This document shows positions 1 through 15,582 of a stretch of 64,000 nt of DNA, piece by piece. This DNA comes from Eledone cirrhosa (taxonomy: Eukaryota), in NCBI GenBank assembly GCA_964016885.1, contig OZ024747.1, forward strand, positions 6,634,001 through 6,698,000, given 5' to 3'. Position 1 is the first letter of the stretch. Every line of letters starts with the position of its first letter. Both the position numbers and the translations under genes were made by a program. The notes below the pieces were generated by a model that did not search any database, had not been told where the DNA came from, and saw only the letters and a list, made by a program, of their open reading frames with translations.

Positions 1-517
1 TGACTCTTCTTGACAGTAAACAACACTGTTACAATAATTGATAGAACCACAGAAATCAACCATCAACAGCTAGGTGAAAACCGAAACCTCATTCGTTGGT
101 TGATAGAAGCTTTAAGTAAATGACGCTGAACGAAAACCTGGCGATAATCACTATCTAACAACATCCAATGACCATTAACTATTGAGCAATTATCCAAAAA
201 CCTACTCTAATTGATAAAAATATTGAAAGCCACTGACATCAACGGAATGCAACTAAGCATCAATGGACAGAAAAAGTAACAGAATATAAGTGACAACCAG
301 CAAACAATAAACGATTAGTAAAAGACAGTAACGAATAGCAAACAAAGTCCGTCAAATATTGATCTAAAACGTAAGCACAAGATCCCAGATTCACTAAGTG
401 GAATGGAGCCGAGAAAGCAAAGCAACGTAACAACAGTGCTTTTCTCTTTCACTTAACCAACCTGACTAGGTCTTAAATAGTTTAGTTGGAATGGCTCTTC
501 CTCTGCATCTCACTCAC

Positions 518-663
518 CATCCTTCGGGGAAACGCCTTCCCCATTCTGTCCGCCGGGGCTGTGGGGAGGCCAGCACGTGGAACCCCATTTGCTCACCATA
601 CAGAGAGATGGGGGGGGGGGGATGGAGGCAATGACAGTGGGAGTTCAGCTCTTCCAAGTTCGG
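518..663 (+). repeat. Dispersed repeat fragment homologous to 8600-8751
   Basis: Shared ggggaaacgccttc...ggccagcacgtgg.accccatttgctcaccatacagagagatgg...atgacagtgggagttc.gctcttcca.gttcgga. Confidence 0.75.
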
Positions 664-2329
664 ACCATATCCTTGTGGTTGTGTTCATTATCTATAGAGT
701 AATTAGCAGTCTCTTAATTAAATACTGTTAATCAGGAGTTATAAACTTTCTTGCCCTTGCCATTCTGAGTTCAAATCCCACCGAGGTTAACTTTGCCTTT
801 CATCCTTACGGGGTCGATAAAATAAAGTACCAGTGATACACTGGGATAATTGCTGGCCTTGTGCCAAAAGTAGAAACAATTAATTTTCTTTGTTTAGTGT
901 TTGCCGCTGTACTGCTTCCACTGCTGTCGTCTTCGTCGCCATAGCGGAAGCTGCCAGCGGCGACCGGAAACACATGAGACTATCAAAAGATAATTATCTA
1001 ATTATAATTCGTTGCTGAATGTTGTTGTTGTTGTTGTTGTTTAGTTCTGATCGAACAAATCTATGATAAAAAAAAATGACTCAGCTGTGGTTATCCCATC
1101 TTTCCACCTATACTGTGCATCTAGGAGCACATGGCCCAATGTGTCCTACCTTTTTAATATTGTTAGGGTGTGATTTGAATGAAATGTAGCTGCTATTTTT
1201 GGCAGATCGATCGTCTACGTTGAGGCTCTTTCTTTCGTTCATTCTGCTAAATGTCGAGCCATGCGAGTGTGTGATGTAAACCAGAGGTGAACTTGCAAAT
1301 GGTTCAAAATCTAAACCTAATCCTGGGGCCAGTATTTTTCACTGCGAAGAGGTTGGATAACTGTGATACAATTCTGTAAGTTAGGGAGCATAAATGAAGT
1401 TTAAAATGGATACAACTGAGTCGTGAATTCGGCTAGCCGAGGCCATATTGCTTTTTTACGGTGTTCATTACTTTGCACCGATCATATACAGATTGGCTCC
1501 ATGTGTATCTAAGCACCAGCCTGGTTACTGTATAGGAGTCTATATAACTATTACATTCTATATCCACTGTATAACTGATAAACATTAAAATTAACGCCAG
1601 TGGGATTTGAACTCATTCCAGTGAGGTATTGAATTTGATACATTTAAAGAATCCAGTTTGACAATCTATTTTATCGGATATCTCCAAATTAAATTTGTTT
1701 GACAGCTAGAAAAAAACTAAACGATCAAGTTTCAGTTTAACATTTCATAACAGATGGGAATAAAAGATTATGGGTGAGAAAATCGGTAGAGCGCCAGAAA
1801 ACATCCCTAGAGATAGTAATTATATTATTTTACGTTCTGAGTTCAAATCACGCCAATCAGTTGATTTTGTTTTTCATCCTTCTGGCGTCCATCAGATAAG
1901 TACGAGTCGATTTAATCGATCTTGTCCTCCTCCCGCTTAAAATCAGTTTCTGGCCTTGAGCCAATGTTAACACACCAGTAATCAATAGCAGACGAGAACA
2001 TGACGCTGTACAAATTAAAATACAGTATTGACAGTGTGTGCAATAATGGTGTCTTTTCAGTGGACAATAAATCAATGAAAAATATTTGAGTGATTAGTTT
2101 AAGGCTAAAGTAGAATTCTTCGGTATTGTCTTAGCAACTTACGAGGTCACCAGACACACCTTGTCTCACGGCGACATATCGGGGAAACTATTTACAACTC
2201 TAATGCCCTTAACAAAGAACTTGGCTAACTTGATAAGATAAGTTAGTAAATTTGAATAAGTTTGCATAACATACTCTGAGAAAAACCTTTTCCCGTTGAG
2301 AATGTTTTTTTTTTTTCATATTTATAATA

Positions 2330-2640
2330 ACAACATTGAAAACCTCTCCGGCAAAGTTTTCGCTAGGTCGAGATGTCAAGATTTTGATCTCACCATGTCA
2401 CACAAAACTTAGATAAATTTGCAGAGTTTACAAAATAGTTTTTGCTCATGTAAACTACTTCCAGTTTTCTATGATTCTGTCTTTGAGTTGCTATAAGATA
2501 AAAGATTGAGAAACTGAGTTCGCGATTAATATTTTTCAACTCTAGTTTGAAGTGATTTCCATTTCACTTGCACTGCTTCTAGTTGTGACATAAACGTTAC
2601 AACAGCCTGATTCTCAGTCTAAATATTTGTTACTAAAATA
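2330..2640 (-). pseudogene. Possible ancient hAT (Buster-like) transposase fossil
   Basis: The minus frame, with stops, reads I*TENQAVVTFMSQLEAVQVKWKSLQTRVEK..QFLNL, which loosely resembles the LQG.NQ....M.S.I.AF..KL...Q......FP.L region. The match is weak. Confidence 0.25.
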
Positions 2641-3551
2641 GACCATAGATTGTGTTGCGCTTATATCGTTCTCATGGGCTTTTTCATGGTGAGTTGATTG
2701 AAAAAGAATGACTATTGGTATTAGAGTTGTAAAACATACAGACAACTGCTTCCAATTTGTTTACCCTGCAATGTAATGAGACAAGGAGTGGACATCACGA
2801 TACCATACAAAGTAATTTATTGTTCGCATTGCTTGAAAAGAAAAGGTGCGAAGGTTACGACTAAAAGGCTTTTTGAACGTATGTTTGTGTCGATCAGGAC
2901 AAACTCTTATGGTATGGTATGGTATGGTATGGTATGGACCCGTAACTCCTGAGGGAATCATAGGGGCATCATATTGACATATGGCGTTTCTGGGGCATTT
3001 TTAAAAGCCCAGTGAAGCCCATCTCATCCCCAGGCTGAATACAGTAGATTTCTTACAGAAAAGGATAGAGTGAGAGAAAGGAAGTGAGAAAGAAATATAG
3101 AGGAAGAACTGACTCCAGTAGTTGTCCTAGGTACAATATATTTAATAAAGACGAGTGGTCACAGCTGGAATGTATTTGATCCTAGGTCTGCCCAGCCATG
3201 GCTTACTCTTACTTAAACAACAAACATGTGACGATCAATATCTATTGAGTCATAAAACGTTTATCTTAAGACTTCGTAGTGTATAAATTATATAAATCGG
3301 AATAGCAAGGAGCTTATCACTTTTCAGGGTTTACCATTGTGTGTGATAATAGTGGCGGGAGAGGGAGAAGGGACAAATTATGAAGGAGAAGAAATGTTGG
3401 AAGAAAGATAAAAACTGACCAATCAAGAGAAAGAAGGAAAGAATGAAGGAAAAAAATAAAGAAACAAGCAAACAAACAAACAATCAAACAAAAGAAAAGA
3501 TTAATTGAGGAAAATAGTGACACAATGAAGAGTTGTAAGGGGTAGAAAGAA

Positions 3552-3620
<69 letters not shown>

Positions 3621-3772
3621 AAGAAAGGGAAAGAGAGGGAGAGAGAAAAAGTACCAACATCATTGTTTAAATGAACAACACTTGTGTATTGTATAGTCTT
3701 GGATATCTGGATAACTGTACATTTAGATGTGCTGAAGAGTGGTGTGTGTAGGGGGGGGGGGGTTATACACAT

Positions 3773-3807
<35 letters not shown>

Positions 3808-3860
3808 AGGAGAAAGAGAGAGATGTATGACTCCATGCATGCATATTATATATATATATA

Positions 3861-4468
3861 GTGGCTGCCAACTCGTTTTCGAGTACGGCCACTACTTTAT
3901 ATCCATGTAGGAGAACCCCTACCGATGCGCTGAACGAGTGTGATCTTTTAGTCCAGCCAGCAACTTGAAAACTCTGGTACAAACACTACACTTGTGACAA
4001 TTATTGACACATAGTGCTGGGCCCATGGTACCATGTGATGACAAGTGCAGAGAGATCTCCAGATATAAAGCAATGCCTGTGCCGTGAAGCTTTTATAGTG
4101 AGCAAAGGCACTGCACAAAGCCAGTCCCACTCTCTTAACCAAGATGATATTTACCAAAAAGAAGAACAAGTCAACATCATTGGATACCATCAGGGCTGCA
4201 GGTGTTATATCTGAGTTTTCCTTCTCCTAGAATTCTACCTTGACAAAGGCTAAGGGGTCATCTCTCCCGGTGATTTTGGATGGCCATTGACTCTTAAGAG
4301 TTCCTTTGCCCTTTGAGAGGTTTTATTTTTAGTCCTGCAGGATGCCCAAAGTCACCCTCCTCACCAAGAAACCTTGGTGGGGTTGCCAGTTTAGTCGCCA
4401 ACGACCCGATCATGAGACAGGTTGTACTGGGATACATGTTACCAGTAGCACCAACTGGTGACCTGACC
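3861..4468 (-). mobile_element. ~610-bp non-coding repeat, possibly RTE-5'UTR-derived non-autonomous element; left arm of an inverted pair
   Basis: Close reverse complement of 6091-6692, with (TA)n on both sides. It contains ggagaaggaaaactc, a motif I recall from RTE 5' UTRs; the family assignment is tentative. Confidence 0.6.
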
Positions 4469-4628
4469 ATATATATACATACATACATACATATATACAG
4501 AGAGAGAGAGAGAGAGAGAGTTGTGTCTGTATACGTATGTGTTTGAGAGAAAGAGAGAGTGAGAGGGAGAAGGAGAGAGGGGGTGAGAGAGATAGAGGGA
4601 GAGGGAGGAGAAGGAGAGACAGAGGGAG

Positions 4629-4675
<47 letters not shown>

Positions 4676-4700
4676 GAGAGAGATGAGATGAGAGAGAGAG

Positions 4701-4736
<36 letters not shown>

Positions 4737-4764
4737 TGAGAGAGAGATGAGATGAGAGAGAGAG

Positions 4765-4817
<53 letters not shown>

Positions 4818-5210
4818 GAGGGAGAGAGAGAGAGATGAGAGAGAGGGAGGAGAAGAAGAGATAGCCTGGAGCTAGAATCACTGAAGTGACCACAAGATAG
4901 GTTGGAACTGAAAACTAAGGAGACAACATTGATATATAAAGGAAGAGGATGATATAATGATGAGGAGGAGGATGAGGAGGATGAAGGGAACGGTAAGGAG
5001 GAGGAGGAGGAGGAGGAGGAGGAGGAGGAGAAGGAGGAGGAGGAGTAGGAGGAGGAGTGAAGGGGGGTAAAGTGAAGGAGATGTATTGGAACAATAGTAA
5101 GATCGTTAACAATAATAAGAAGAAAATAAGATGAGGGTAATTATTATTATCATTATTATTATTATTGTTGTTGTTGTTAAGAATACATTCTCACTCTTTC
5201 TCTTACTATG

Positions 5211-5262
<52 letters not shown>

Positions 5263-5471
5263 TGTATATATGTCTGTATGTATATATGTATATATATATA
5301 TGTATGTATGTATATATGTATATATGTGTATATGTATGTATATATATATATATATATTTATATATATACAAATATACATATATATATATACATATATATA
5401 CATATATATATATATATGTATATATATAGAATTCACAAGAATCAAAGCTATGTTCAAAGCATTTATTCAAT

Positions 5472-5512
5472 TACAATTGTTTCATCCAAACCTAGGCTTG
5501 GCGTCTTCGGAG
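5472..5512 (-). ncRNA. Degenerate hammerhead motif in a ~300-bp unit between (TA)n arrays
   Basis: The minus strand reads CcGAAGA cg CCAAGC ctag GTTTGG at GAA ACAATTGT A attgAATAAA. It has a U4>C change and a poor stem I, and shows the same HHR-AATAAA-~45 nt-(TA)n layout as family A. Confidence 0.5.
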
Positions 5513-5738
5513 CATTTTTCAATGTTTGTACACATAATTGACCTCCTTTCCAACGCAAGACACATACAGATACATCTTGTGAATTCTATATAACTGCTCT
5601 GTAGAACAACCGATGTTATTACATTGAGCTATTTATCTTACTGACCTTCACAGTTTACTGTTTAGGGTTTAAAATATAAATAACTATAAAATGTTTTAGT
5701 ATATACATAATCATAAATAGCATCTTTAATATTATATG

Positions 5739-5769
<31 letters not shown>

Positions 5770-5772
5770 TTA

Positions 5773-5857
<85 letters not shown>

Positions 5858-5982
5858 GTAGTTATATATATATTTATATATATATGTATATATATATATA
5901 AATTTATATATATATATATGTGTATATATTTATGTATATATTTATATATATATGTATATATTTATATTTATATATATATATT

Positions 5983-6085
<103 letters not shown>

Positions 6086-6090
6086 ATATA

Positions 6091-6690
6091 TCAGGTCACC
6101 AGTTGGTGCTACTGATAACATGTATCCCAGTACAACCTGTCTCATAGTCACGTCGTTGGCGACTAAACTGGCAACCCCACCAAGGTTTCTTGGTGAGGAG
6201 GGTGACTTTGGACATCCTGCAGGACTAAAAACAAAACCTGACAAAGGGCAAAGGAGCTCTTAAGAGTCAATGGTCATCCAAAATAACCGGGAGAGATGAC
6301 CCCTTAGCCTTTGTCAAGGCAGAATTCTAGGAGAAGGAAAACTCTGATATAACACCTGCAACTCTGATGGTATCCAATGATGTTGACTTGTTCTTCTTTT
6401 TGGTAAATATCATCTTGGTTAAGAGAGTGGGACTGGCTTTGTGCAGTGCCTTTGCTCACTATAAAAGCTTCACGGCACAGGCATTGCTTTATATCTGGAG
6501 ATCTCTCTGCACTTGTCGTCACATGGTACCATGGGCCCAGCACTATGTGTCAATAATTGTCACAGGTGTAGTGTTTGTACCAGAGTTTTCAAGTCGCTGG
6601 TTGGACTAAAAAGTCACACTTGTTTAGCGCATCGGTAGGGGTTCTCCTACATGGATATAAAGTAGTGGCCGTACAACGAGTTGGCAGCCA

Positions 6691-6692
<2 letters not shown>
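6091..6692 (+). mobile_element. Right arm of the ~610-bp inverted pair
   Basis: See 3861-4468. The ORF track shows near-identical peptides on opposite strands. Confidence 0.6.
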
Positions 6693-6789
<97 letters not shown>

Positions 6790-6863
6790 TATATATATAT
6801 ACATATATATACATATATACATATATATACATATATATGTATGTATGTATGTATGTATATATC

Positions 6864-6920
<57 letters not shown>

Positions 6921-7095
6921 GTATGTATGTGTATATATATATATATACATATATATATGTATATATATGTATATATATATACATATTACATATATATGTA
7001 TATATATGTATATATATATACATATTACATATATACATATATATATATATATTTGTATATATATATATATATATATATACATATATACATATTAC

Positions 7096-7166
<71 letters not shown>

Positions 7167-7458
7167 GACATGCAAACAAAGCAAAGTGAATCTAACCACA
7201 GTATCGTCAAGGACATGTGACATAAACATAATGGTATCTCCGATTCTAATAGAAGTTGGCACATAATAAACAAATAGAAGGTGGTGGTGGTGGTGGTGGT
7301 GGTGGTGGTGGTGGTGGAAAGGAAGGAAAGAAAAAAAGAAAGCAATATATGGAACTTTCTACCAAGTCTACTCTAAAAGAATCTTTAATCGAGAATCCAT
7401 TTCCTACTGTAAGATTCCTGCCACTGAAGAAAAAGAGAGAAGAATATAATATGATTTA

Positions 7459-8250
<792 letters not shown>

Positions 8251-8518
8251 ACGAAAGAATGACCCTTCGACATGTAAATATGGAGATAATATATATTTTC
8301 TGATGTATAGTATTCCCGTTCTGATAATGGGGGACACGTGCTTTTGAAGATATTTTACAAGTAGTCAACAGGCAGCCATTGGTCAAGAGTTATTACACAC
8401 GACAGCTAAGAACTTTAGGACATTGGTTGGGGGCTATCAACAGCCCACTATGACGATTTTATCCCTACCAACCAGAGAATGACAAGAACAGGCGAGGCAG
8501 CCCAAGACAAAGCTACAT

Positions 8519-9200
8519 CAAACATCCCCCGGGGAAATGCCTTCTCCATTCTGTCTGCCGGGGTTGTTGGGAGGCCACCACGTGGCACCACACATCAAAC
8601 ATCCTCTGGGGAAACGCCTTCTCCATCCTGTCCGCTCGGGCTGTGGAGAGGCCAGCACGTGGGACCCCATTTGCTCACCATACAGAGAGATGGAGGAGGG
8701 CGAGAGAGATGGAGGCGATGACAGTGGGAGTTCGGCTCTTCCATGTTCGGAAGGCGAAAGAAGTAAGTGTGGACGAGGTTAAAAGGACTGAGAGCAAACA
8801 CCCTTCTCTCCGGCAACAACTCATCCCCTTCTTTAAGTACAACTTCAGAGGGAAGGTGAGAGTGGAGAGAGAGGTCCTACACCCTAGTAAATTCGCTGAA
8901 AGGTGGGTGAATGTGGCGAAAATGGCCCGAGTGAATGGGCCTTCTCTGTATATAAACCTGTAGGTTGAGGAAGATAAACAGAGGGAAGACGGGAACACCT
9001 ACAAAACGTGTTCCTGGTGTTGAGGATTGTTCTATCCATGAGGTGTAAAACAACGTTTTCCCCTAGTGGGGATTTCAATCGTTTTATTTTATATATAGTT
9101 TATTGTTATTCATTATTGTTAAAGTTGTTATGTAAAACCCCCGCCGTCACGTCTTGTAATGTCCCATTTTTTGTACGCCCGTGTGGCAAATAAAGAAATA
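8519..9200 (+). mobile_element. Tx1-like LINE 3' end (8756-9200) joined to an upstream GC-rich segment with a ~78-bp tandem duplication
   Basis: FFKYNFRGKVRVEREVLHPSKFAERWVNVAKMARVNGPSLYINL* is homologous to the 28953 ORF tail. The 3' UTR ends gtggcaaataaagaaa. Segment 8600-8751 recurs at 518-663. Confidence 0.75.
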
Positions 9201-11864
9201 TATCTATAGAGTTCATTCTATTAGAAGAAGTTACCCCAATTACACACGAAGCATAGATACATAATATATAAATATACTAAATATAAATGTTTCTACGTTA
9301 GGCACAAGGCCAGCAATTATCCAGTGCATTACTGGTACTTTATTTTATCGACCCCGTAAGGATGAAAGGCAAGGTTATACTAAATATAAATATATACTAA
9401 ATATAAATATATACTAAATATATACTAAATATATACTAAATATAAATATATACTAAATATAAATATATACTAAATATAAATATTTACTAAATATAAATAT
9501 ATACTAAATATATACTAAATATATACTAAATATAAATATATACTAAATATACTTATGGAGGTCATTACGAACAAAAAATTTGACGAACTCAAAGTAGAGA
9601 AGACGCATAGTTGGACTGTATGACTTATACTCTCGTATACGAAGAAGATCTTCATGCACAATGCTTGATCTTGTTTCCAAATCATGTCATCTAGATATTC
9701 TAGATATTCTATTGAAACTTATGGTAAAATCTATTGCAATAATTCTTATGGAATATTTTCTCTGTCATATTATGTCAGTACATATGAACCAAGTTAGATA
9801 AAACTAAATCTTGAAGACATCATCCACATGAGAAACAATAGATCGCACTCATTTAACCATTGTTTTAGAAACGGATGGCGTCTCTGAATTATTTACTGTC
9901 AGAGAAATTCTACTTTTTTTAACCAATATAAATAGTATGCATTTAATTAGTGATTCTTTCATCATTAGTTCGACAAGTTCAATGAAGTCTATATTTTGAT
10001 TGAATATCTTATACATTATCAGTTTTGTTTTTCTTTTGATTTTCTTTTGCTTTCTTTTATTGTTTATTTATTTATTTTTTCATAGCGGCATCATTCTTCA
10101 ATTCTTTCTAGTTATGTTTTTAATGTCCCTTGTATTAATTAATTATGTACACAATCACATAACCAAGAAAATTATGTCGCTTATGTTTCTGAAAAGAAAA
10201 ACGACGTATGTATTGAAAAATGTAAAATTCGTTGTAAGAATACTACATCAATGTACAAATAAATATTCCGCATAAATGATTGAAACGACCTGCTTTTCAA
10301 AAATGTTGTCTCCTGCTGTCTTATGTCAGCTGCTTTAAACAAGTTACCAGCTGTTCAAAACTGCTGGCTACTGATATTTCAATCAATCTGTTGTTTAAAA
10401 ATGCCGGCTGCTGCGACTGGATTTGTTGTTGTTAGAGTAGTTTTCATTATTGTTGTTATCGTTGTTGGTACAAATAGTTTAATGGAATTAATTCACATGA
10501 AATATTGAGGCTTGACAACTTTGACATATCGTATCCCCCCCCCCTCTAACTCTCTCTTTCTCTCTTTTTTTCTCCTTCCTCTCTTTTTCTCCTTCTCTTT
10601 CTCCCCTTCTCTTTCTTTCTCTCTCTCTGCGTCTACAACTCAAAGTAGTGTAGCATGAAGTTTCAGATTGGTTCCATATCTTACGTTATTTAGTCAAGTC
10701 TCCTTACCGTTCTAAGTTCAACTTTACATTTCATCTTCTCAGGGTCGATAAGGTAAATATCAGTCAAGTACTGGCATTCATTTAGTCAGTTGCCATGTCG
10801 CAAAAATATGTGTATTAGTTAACCGACTGTAGTTTATAATGTGGAGGCCGACAGGTTAACAGAAATGCTAGAGAGCCGTGTTGAATATATAAGGGCAATT
10901 AAGATTAACTCCTTTACGTTCTTCGTTCAAATACTGATCCTCCATTCTGACTTGGTCGATAATTGTTTCTACTCTTGGCACAAGGCCAGCAATTATCCGA
11001 GTGTATTACTGGTACTTTATTTTATCGACCCCGTAAGGATGAAAGGCAAAGTTAGCCTCGGCGGGATTTGAGGTAAACTTTGCCTTTGACTTTGCCTCTG
11101 ACTTAGTCGATAATATTCACTTGTTGAGCCCTTAAATAACGAAGGAATCATTTGGGGTGCCATCGTGACGTTTGACCTTTCTTTGATATTAGTAGACCTG
11201 GCAGAGCCTATCTCTTTCCAGGTTTGATCACAAATACACAAATAGAGAGAGGAAGAGTGAAAGAAGAGAAGATAGAACCACATTATTGCTCCATTCTGAG
11301 TTCAAATCCCGCCGAGGTTAACTTTGCTAAAAGTAGAAACAATTATTGCTATTTTATTTATCGATACCAAAAGGGTAGGATTTGAACACAAATAATTAGA
11401 AGGAATGCCGTCAAGTATTTTAACCACACACCCCAAAACATCTGCCAGTTTGCTACTTTATGATATTAGCATTACTAAAATTAGGTTTTATGCTTAATTA
11501 AGATAAAAAGAATATTGATTTTTCTATCGTTCACGACGTTACGCTATGGTCAAGGCTGCACACATTTCCAATATTTCAATATTTTCACATCGTCTCTTTT
11601 TTTCTTTTCTTTTTTTTTTTCTCGTGAGAATTTATTCTTTTCATGTCACACTGCATGCAGATATGATCACTATGTGAGAGTTTGTCGCATATGTATCATA
11701 TAATGTTAGCTGTCGTCTGACATTGGTTAAACTTTAACCGACGAAAACTTCCGAAATTTTGATTAATTCTGTTGAAAAATAATTGTTATATAAAGTGTCG
11801 TCTGCTTCGACACTAGCAAAGTTATTGGTAAAAACCAACATTTCCGAAGGGAAAGTTAAAATGT

Positions 11865-12369
11865 CAAGGGCGGGTAAAATTCCCGAGATCCATGGATGAG
11901 TTCTCTCCAGCGGTCTCTGTCCCTCATTATCGCTGCCATGTCCTGCGTCTCCAAGAGACCAGTGTCTGTCCTTAGGGCATCAACATATGTTAACCTCGAT
12001 CTTCCTCTTCCAGTGTGTCCATGTAGGGGCTCCCACAGGAGCAGTGAATGCAATGTCAACTGTTGATGTCGGTGACCATGTCCAGCTAACCTCAGTCTCC
12101 TCTCTGCTACTAAATTATAATTAATCGGTGTGGAAGTTGGACCTTCGTAAAGACCTGAAGATTCGTCTATTTGTTGCTGTAGTAGAGTCTGTGCTGCTGT
12201 ACGGGTCTGATACTTGGACACTGACCAAGAAACTCACTCAGATGGTGGATGGGTGCTACACGAGAATGGTGAGGATGGCTCTGAACATTAATCAGTATAC
12301 ACTGAGGATGACGAACTCAGAGCTGTACGGGAGCCTCCCAAAAGTCAGCTCGAGAGTAGCACAGAGGAG
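11865..12369 (-). mobile_element. RTE-clade LINE 3' fragment with inverted 5' part and 11-bp TSD
   Basis: Minus 11865-12110 encodes RRLRLAGH..RH...LLLWEP.HG...RGR.RLTYVDAL. Plus 12128-12369 encodes the upstream part [43 protein letters not shown] lies at 11854-11864 and 12368-12378. Confidence 0.85.
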
Positions 12370-12780
12370 TTAAAATGTGGCACTTCCAATATCAAACATA
12401 TTCGAAACTTTATCATCTAAAATCAGTTTAGTTTAGAGAACGGCATCTATACGTACTAAAAAAAAAAAGAGTGAAAATGTATAACTGTCTATTTTCTAAA
12501 GCATTCAACATCACGTAGAGTTTATTCCAGAAAATCCCATAATCTCTCTAGCCATTTTAAGATCCTGCAATAACGGTTCTACTAAGCATAACTGGAGATT
12601 TCTAATAAATATTGCTAAATATGCTTTTTATTTTATATTAATATTTTATTAATTATAATTCAGGAGTTGTCTTTCTTGTATTTCCTGATTGGAATTAATG
12701 ATTAAAACAATAATTGGTTCTTCTCACTAAGGGTTTAATTTTAATTAAAATTTCTTGTAACACTCCATTAAGTACTCGTT

Positions 12781-13101
12781 GAAGAAGAAGGCAAAGAAGA
12801 AGAAGAAGAAGAAGAAGAAGAAGAAGAAGAAGAAGAAGAAGAAGAAGAAGAAGAAGAAGAAGAAGAAGAAGGCAAAGAAGAAGGCAAAGAAGAAGAAGAA
12901 GAAGAAGAAGAAGAAGAAGAAGAAGAAGAAGAAGAAGAAGAAGAAGAAGAAGAAGAAGAAGAAGAAGAAGAAGAAGAAGGCAAAGAAGAAGGCAAAGAAG
13001 AAGAAGAAGAAGAAGAAGAAGAAGAAGAAGAAGAAGAAGAAGAAGAAGAAGAAGAAGAAGAAGAAGAAGAAGAAGAAGAAGAAGAAGAAGAAGAAGAAGA
13101 A
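12781..13101. repeat. (GAA)n microsatellite with GGCAAA interruptions
   Basis: Directly visible. Confidence 0.95.
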
Positions 13102-13169
13102 GCCACCACAATAACAACGACAACCACAACAACCACCAAACTCTAGTTGATTCGTACTAATCAAGTGCC

Positions 13170-13200
<31 letters not shown>

Positions 13201-13397
13201 TATATGTACGTCAATACTCATCTTTTTCCATTTCTCCGAGGGTTCTTAACCCCACTATCAGGCTAAATAATTTCTTTAATTTCTTTAGTCAAAATACGGC
13301 GATAGCTTACATTTCTAATAATTTCAAACCCACTCGCTGTTTCGAAAATATTCTTACCATATATATATAATATATTGTATATATATATATATAATAT

Positions 13398-13465
<68 letters not shown>

Positions 13466-13841
13466 AGTATCTGCAGGTTTCTTAACATTTTTCAATACTT
13501 AAGAAGTGTTTGTTGTAAAGAACCAATTCCTGTTATTAAACAGAGACAGTTTTCCGCTTCAGAAAAACCGAAATTACACCTCAAGTCTTTTTACTTCTGT
13601 ATTCTTTCAAATCATTTCTTCTTTCTTCTTTCTATTCTCTTTGTTCTTACCATTTCATATATTTTCTGTTGTTGTTCTTCTTCTTTTTAGTTGTTTTTGT
13701 TTTGTTTTTTTTTAAAGCTATTTTTAGCTTCATTTTTTCCTCGTGTAATTTATTTTATATCAATTTATAAAAATTGTCTACTATTACACGTTTATATAAT
13801 CTTTCATTATTATTCTTAAATTATGTATAAGTTGTTGATGT

Positions 13842-13899
<58 letters not shown>

Positions 13900-14034
13900 A
13901 GTGTATGTCTGTATGTGTGGGTTTGCATGTGTGTAGTACCCCCGTACTTTTATATTTCAATTTTTTTTAATCATGTGGTCTATTCTATATACTTTAACAT
14001 TTCTATATTTATTTTTATATATCTATATTTATTT

Positions 14035-14090
<56 letters not shown>

Positions 14091-14184
14091 ATGTGTGTGT
14101 TTGTGTGTGTTTATGCGTATGTTGCCATGATACAGTGTACATATTTCATGTCTGTGTAAATTGTGGCCTATTGGTGTGATGGTG

Positions 14185-14291
<107 letters not shown>

Positions 14292-14468
14292 CACATGTGT
14301 GCGTGTTTGTATGTCTGTTTTTGTGCATGTTGAGAGTGAGAGGTCTGTCTGTGTTAGTCTTTGATATACATTTTAACTTCATAAAATACAAACCGGTCAC
14401 CAACAAACTCACAAGATTATTAGTCTGGAGACAAGGCAGTTCCAGAGTTTGTTAATATCAATGATTTA

Positions 14469-14520
<52 letters not shown>

Positions 14521-14751
14521 GGAAGTTTAGTAAAATCGAATCTTCGGCTGTAGCCAAGCCAACGAGATACAATGAGGAATTGTGCAGCCAAGCACTCCAT
14601 GAGAAATCTCAGAGTAATACCATTTGTTAGACAGCATGACAAATTGAAAACTGTGGCAGACCCAGCCACGACACCGAAGCAACGAGAAAACCAACAGGTT
14701 AATAAAACAAATATATATTTATATATATATATAGTTATATATATATATATA

Positions 14752-14787
<36 letters not shown>

Positions 14788-14828
14788 TATATATATATAT
14801 ATATATAGTTATATATATATATATATAG

Positions 14829-14862
<34 letters not shown>

Positions 14863-14936
14863 CTATATCAAGCGTGAACCTAATACCTAACACCTTTCCT
14901 AACTATGCTCTTTGTTGTTATTATTTACTTTTCATG

Positions 14937-15018
<82 letters not shown>

Positions 15019-15157
15019 TGTGTGTGAGTGTGTGTGTCTGTGTCTGTGTGTCTGTGTGTGTGTGTGTCTGTGTGTGTGTGTGTGTGTGTCTGTGTGTGTG
15101 TCTGTGTCTGTGTGTGTGTGTGTGTGTGTGTCTGTGTGTGTGTCTGTGTGTGTGTCT

Positions 15158-15234
<77 letters not shown>

Positions 15235-15582
15235 CGTGTGTGTGTCTGTGTGTGTGTGTCTGTGTGTGTGTGTCTGTGTGTGTGTGTGTCTGTGTGTGTG
15301 TGGTCCTGTACCTCCTGATAGAGTGGTATGGGCGCCATATTGAGATACGACGTTTCTTGGGTATTTAAAACCTAGTGGAGCCGATCCCTCTCCAGGTCTG
15401 AGTACAGCAGATTTCTTCCAGAGAAGGATAGAGAGAGAGAGAGAGAGAGGAAGTGAGAAAGAGATATAGAGGAAGAATCGACCCCAGTACGAGACTGGTA
15501 CTTTTTTATCGACCTCGAAAAGATGACAGGCAAAGTTGACCTCAGCGAGATTTGAACTCCAACAGCATTAACATAACCTCGG

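Noticed and set aside
13466-13600. Possible PLE endonuclease tail (…EVFVVKNQFLLLNRD…)
   Set aside because: Only a 4-residue motif, with an in-frame stop; too weak.
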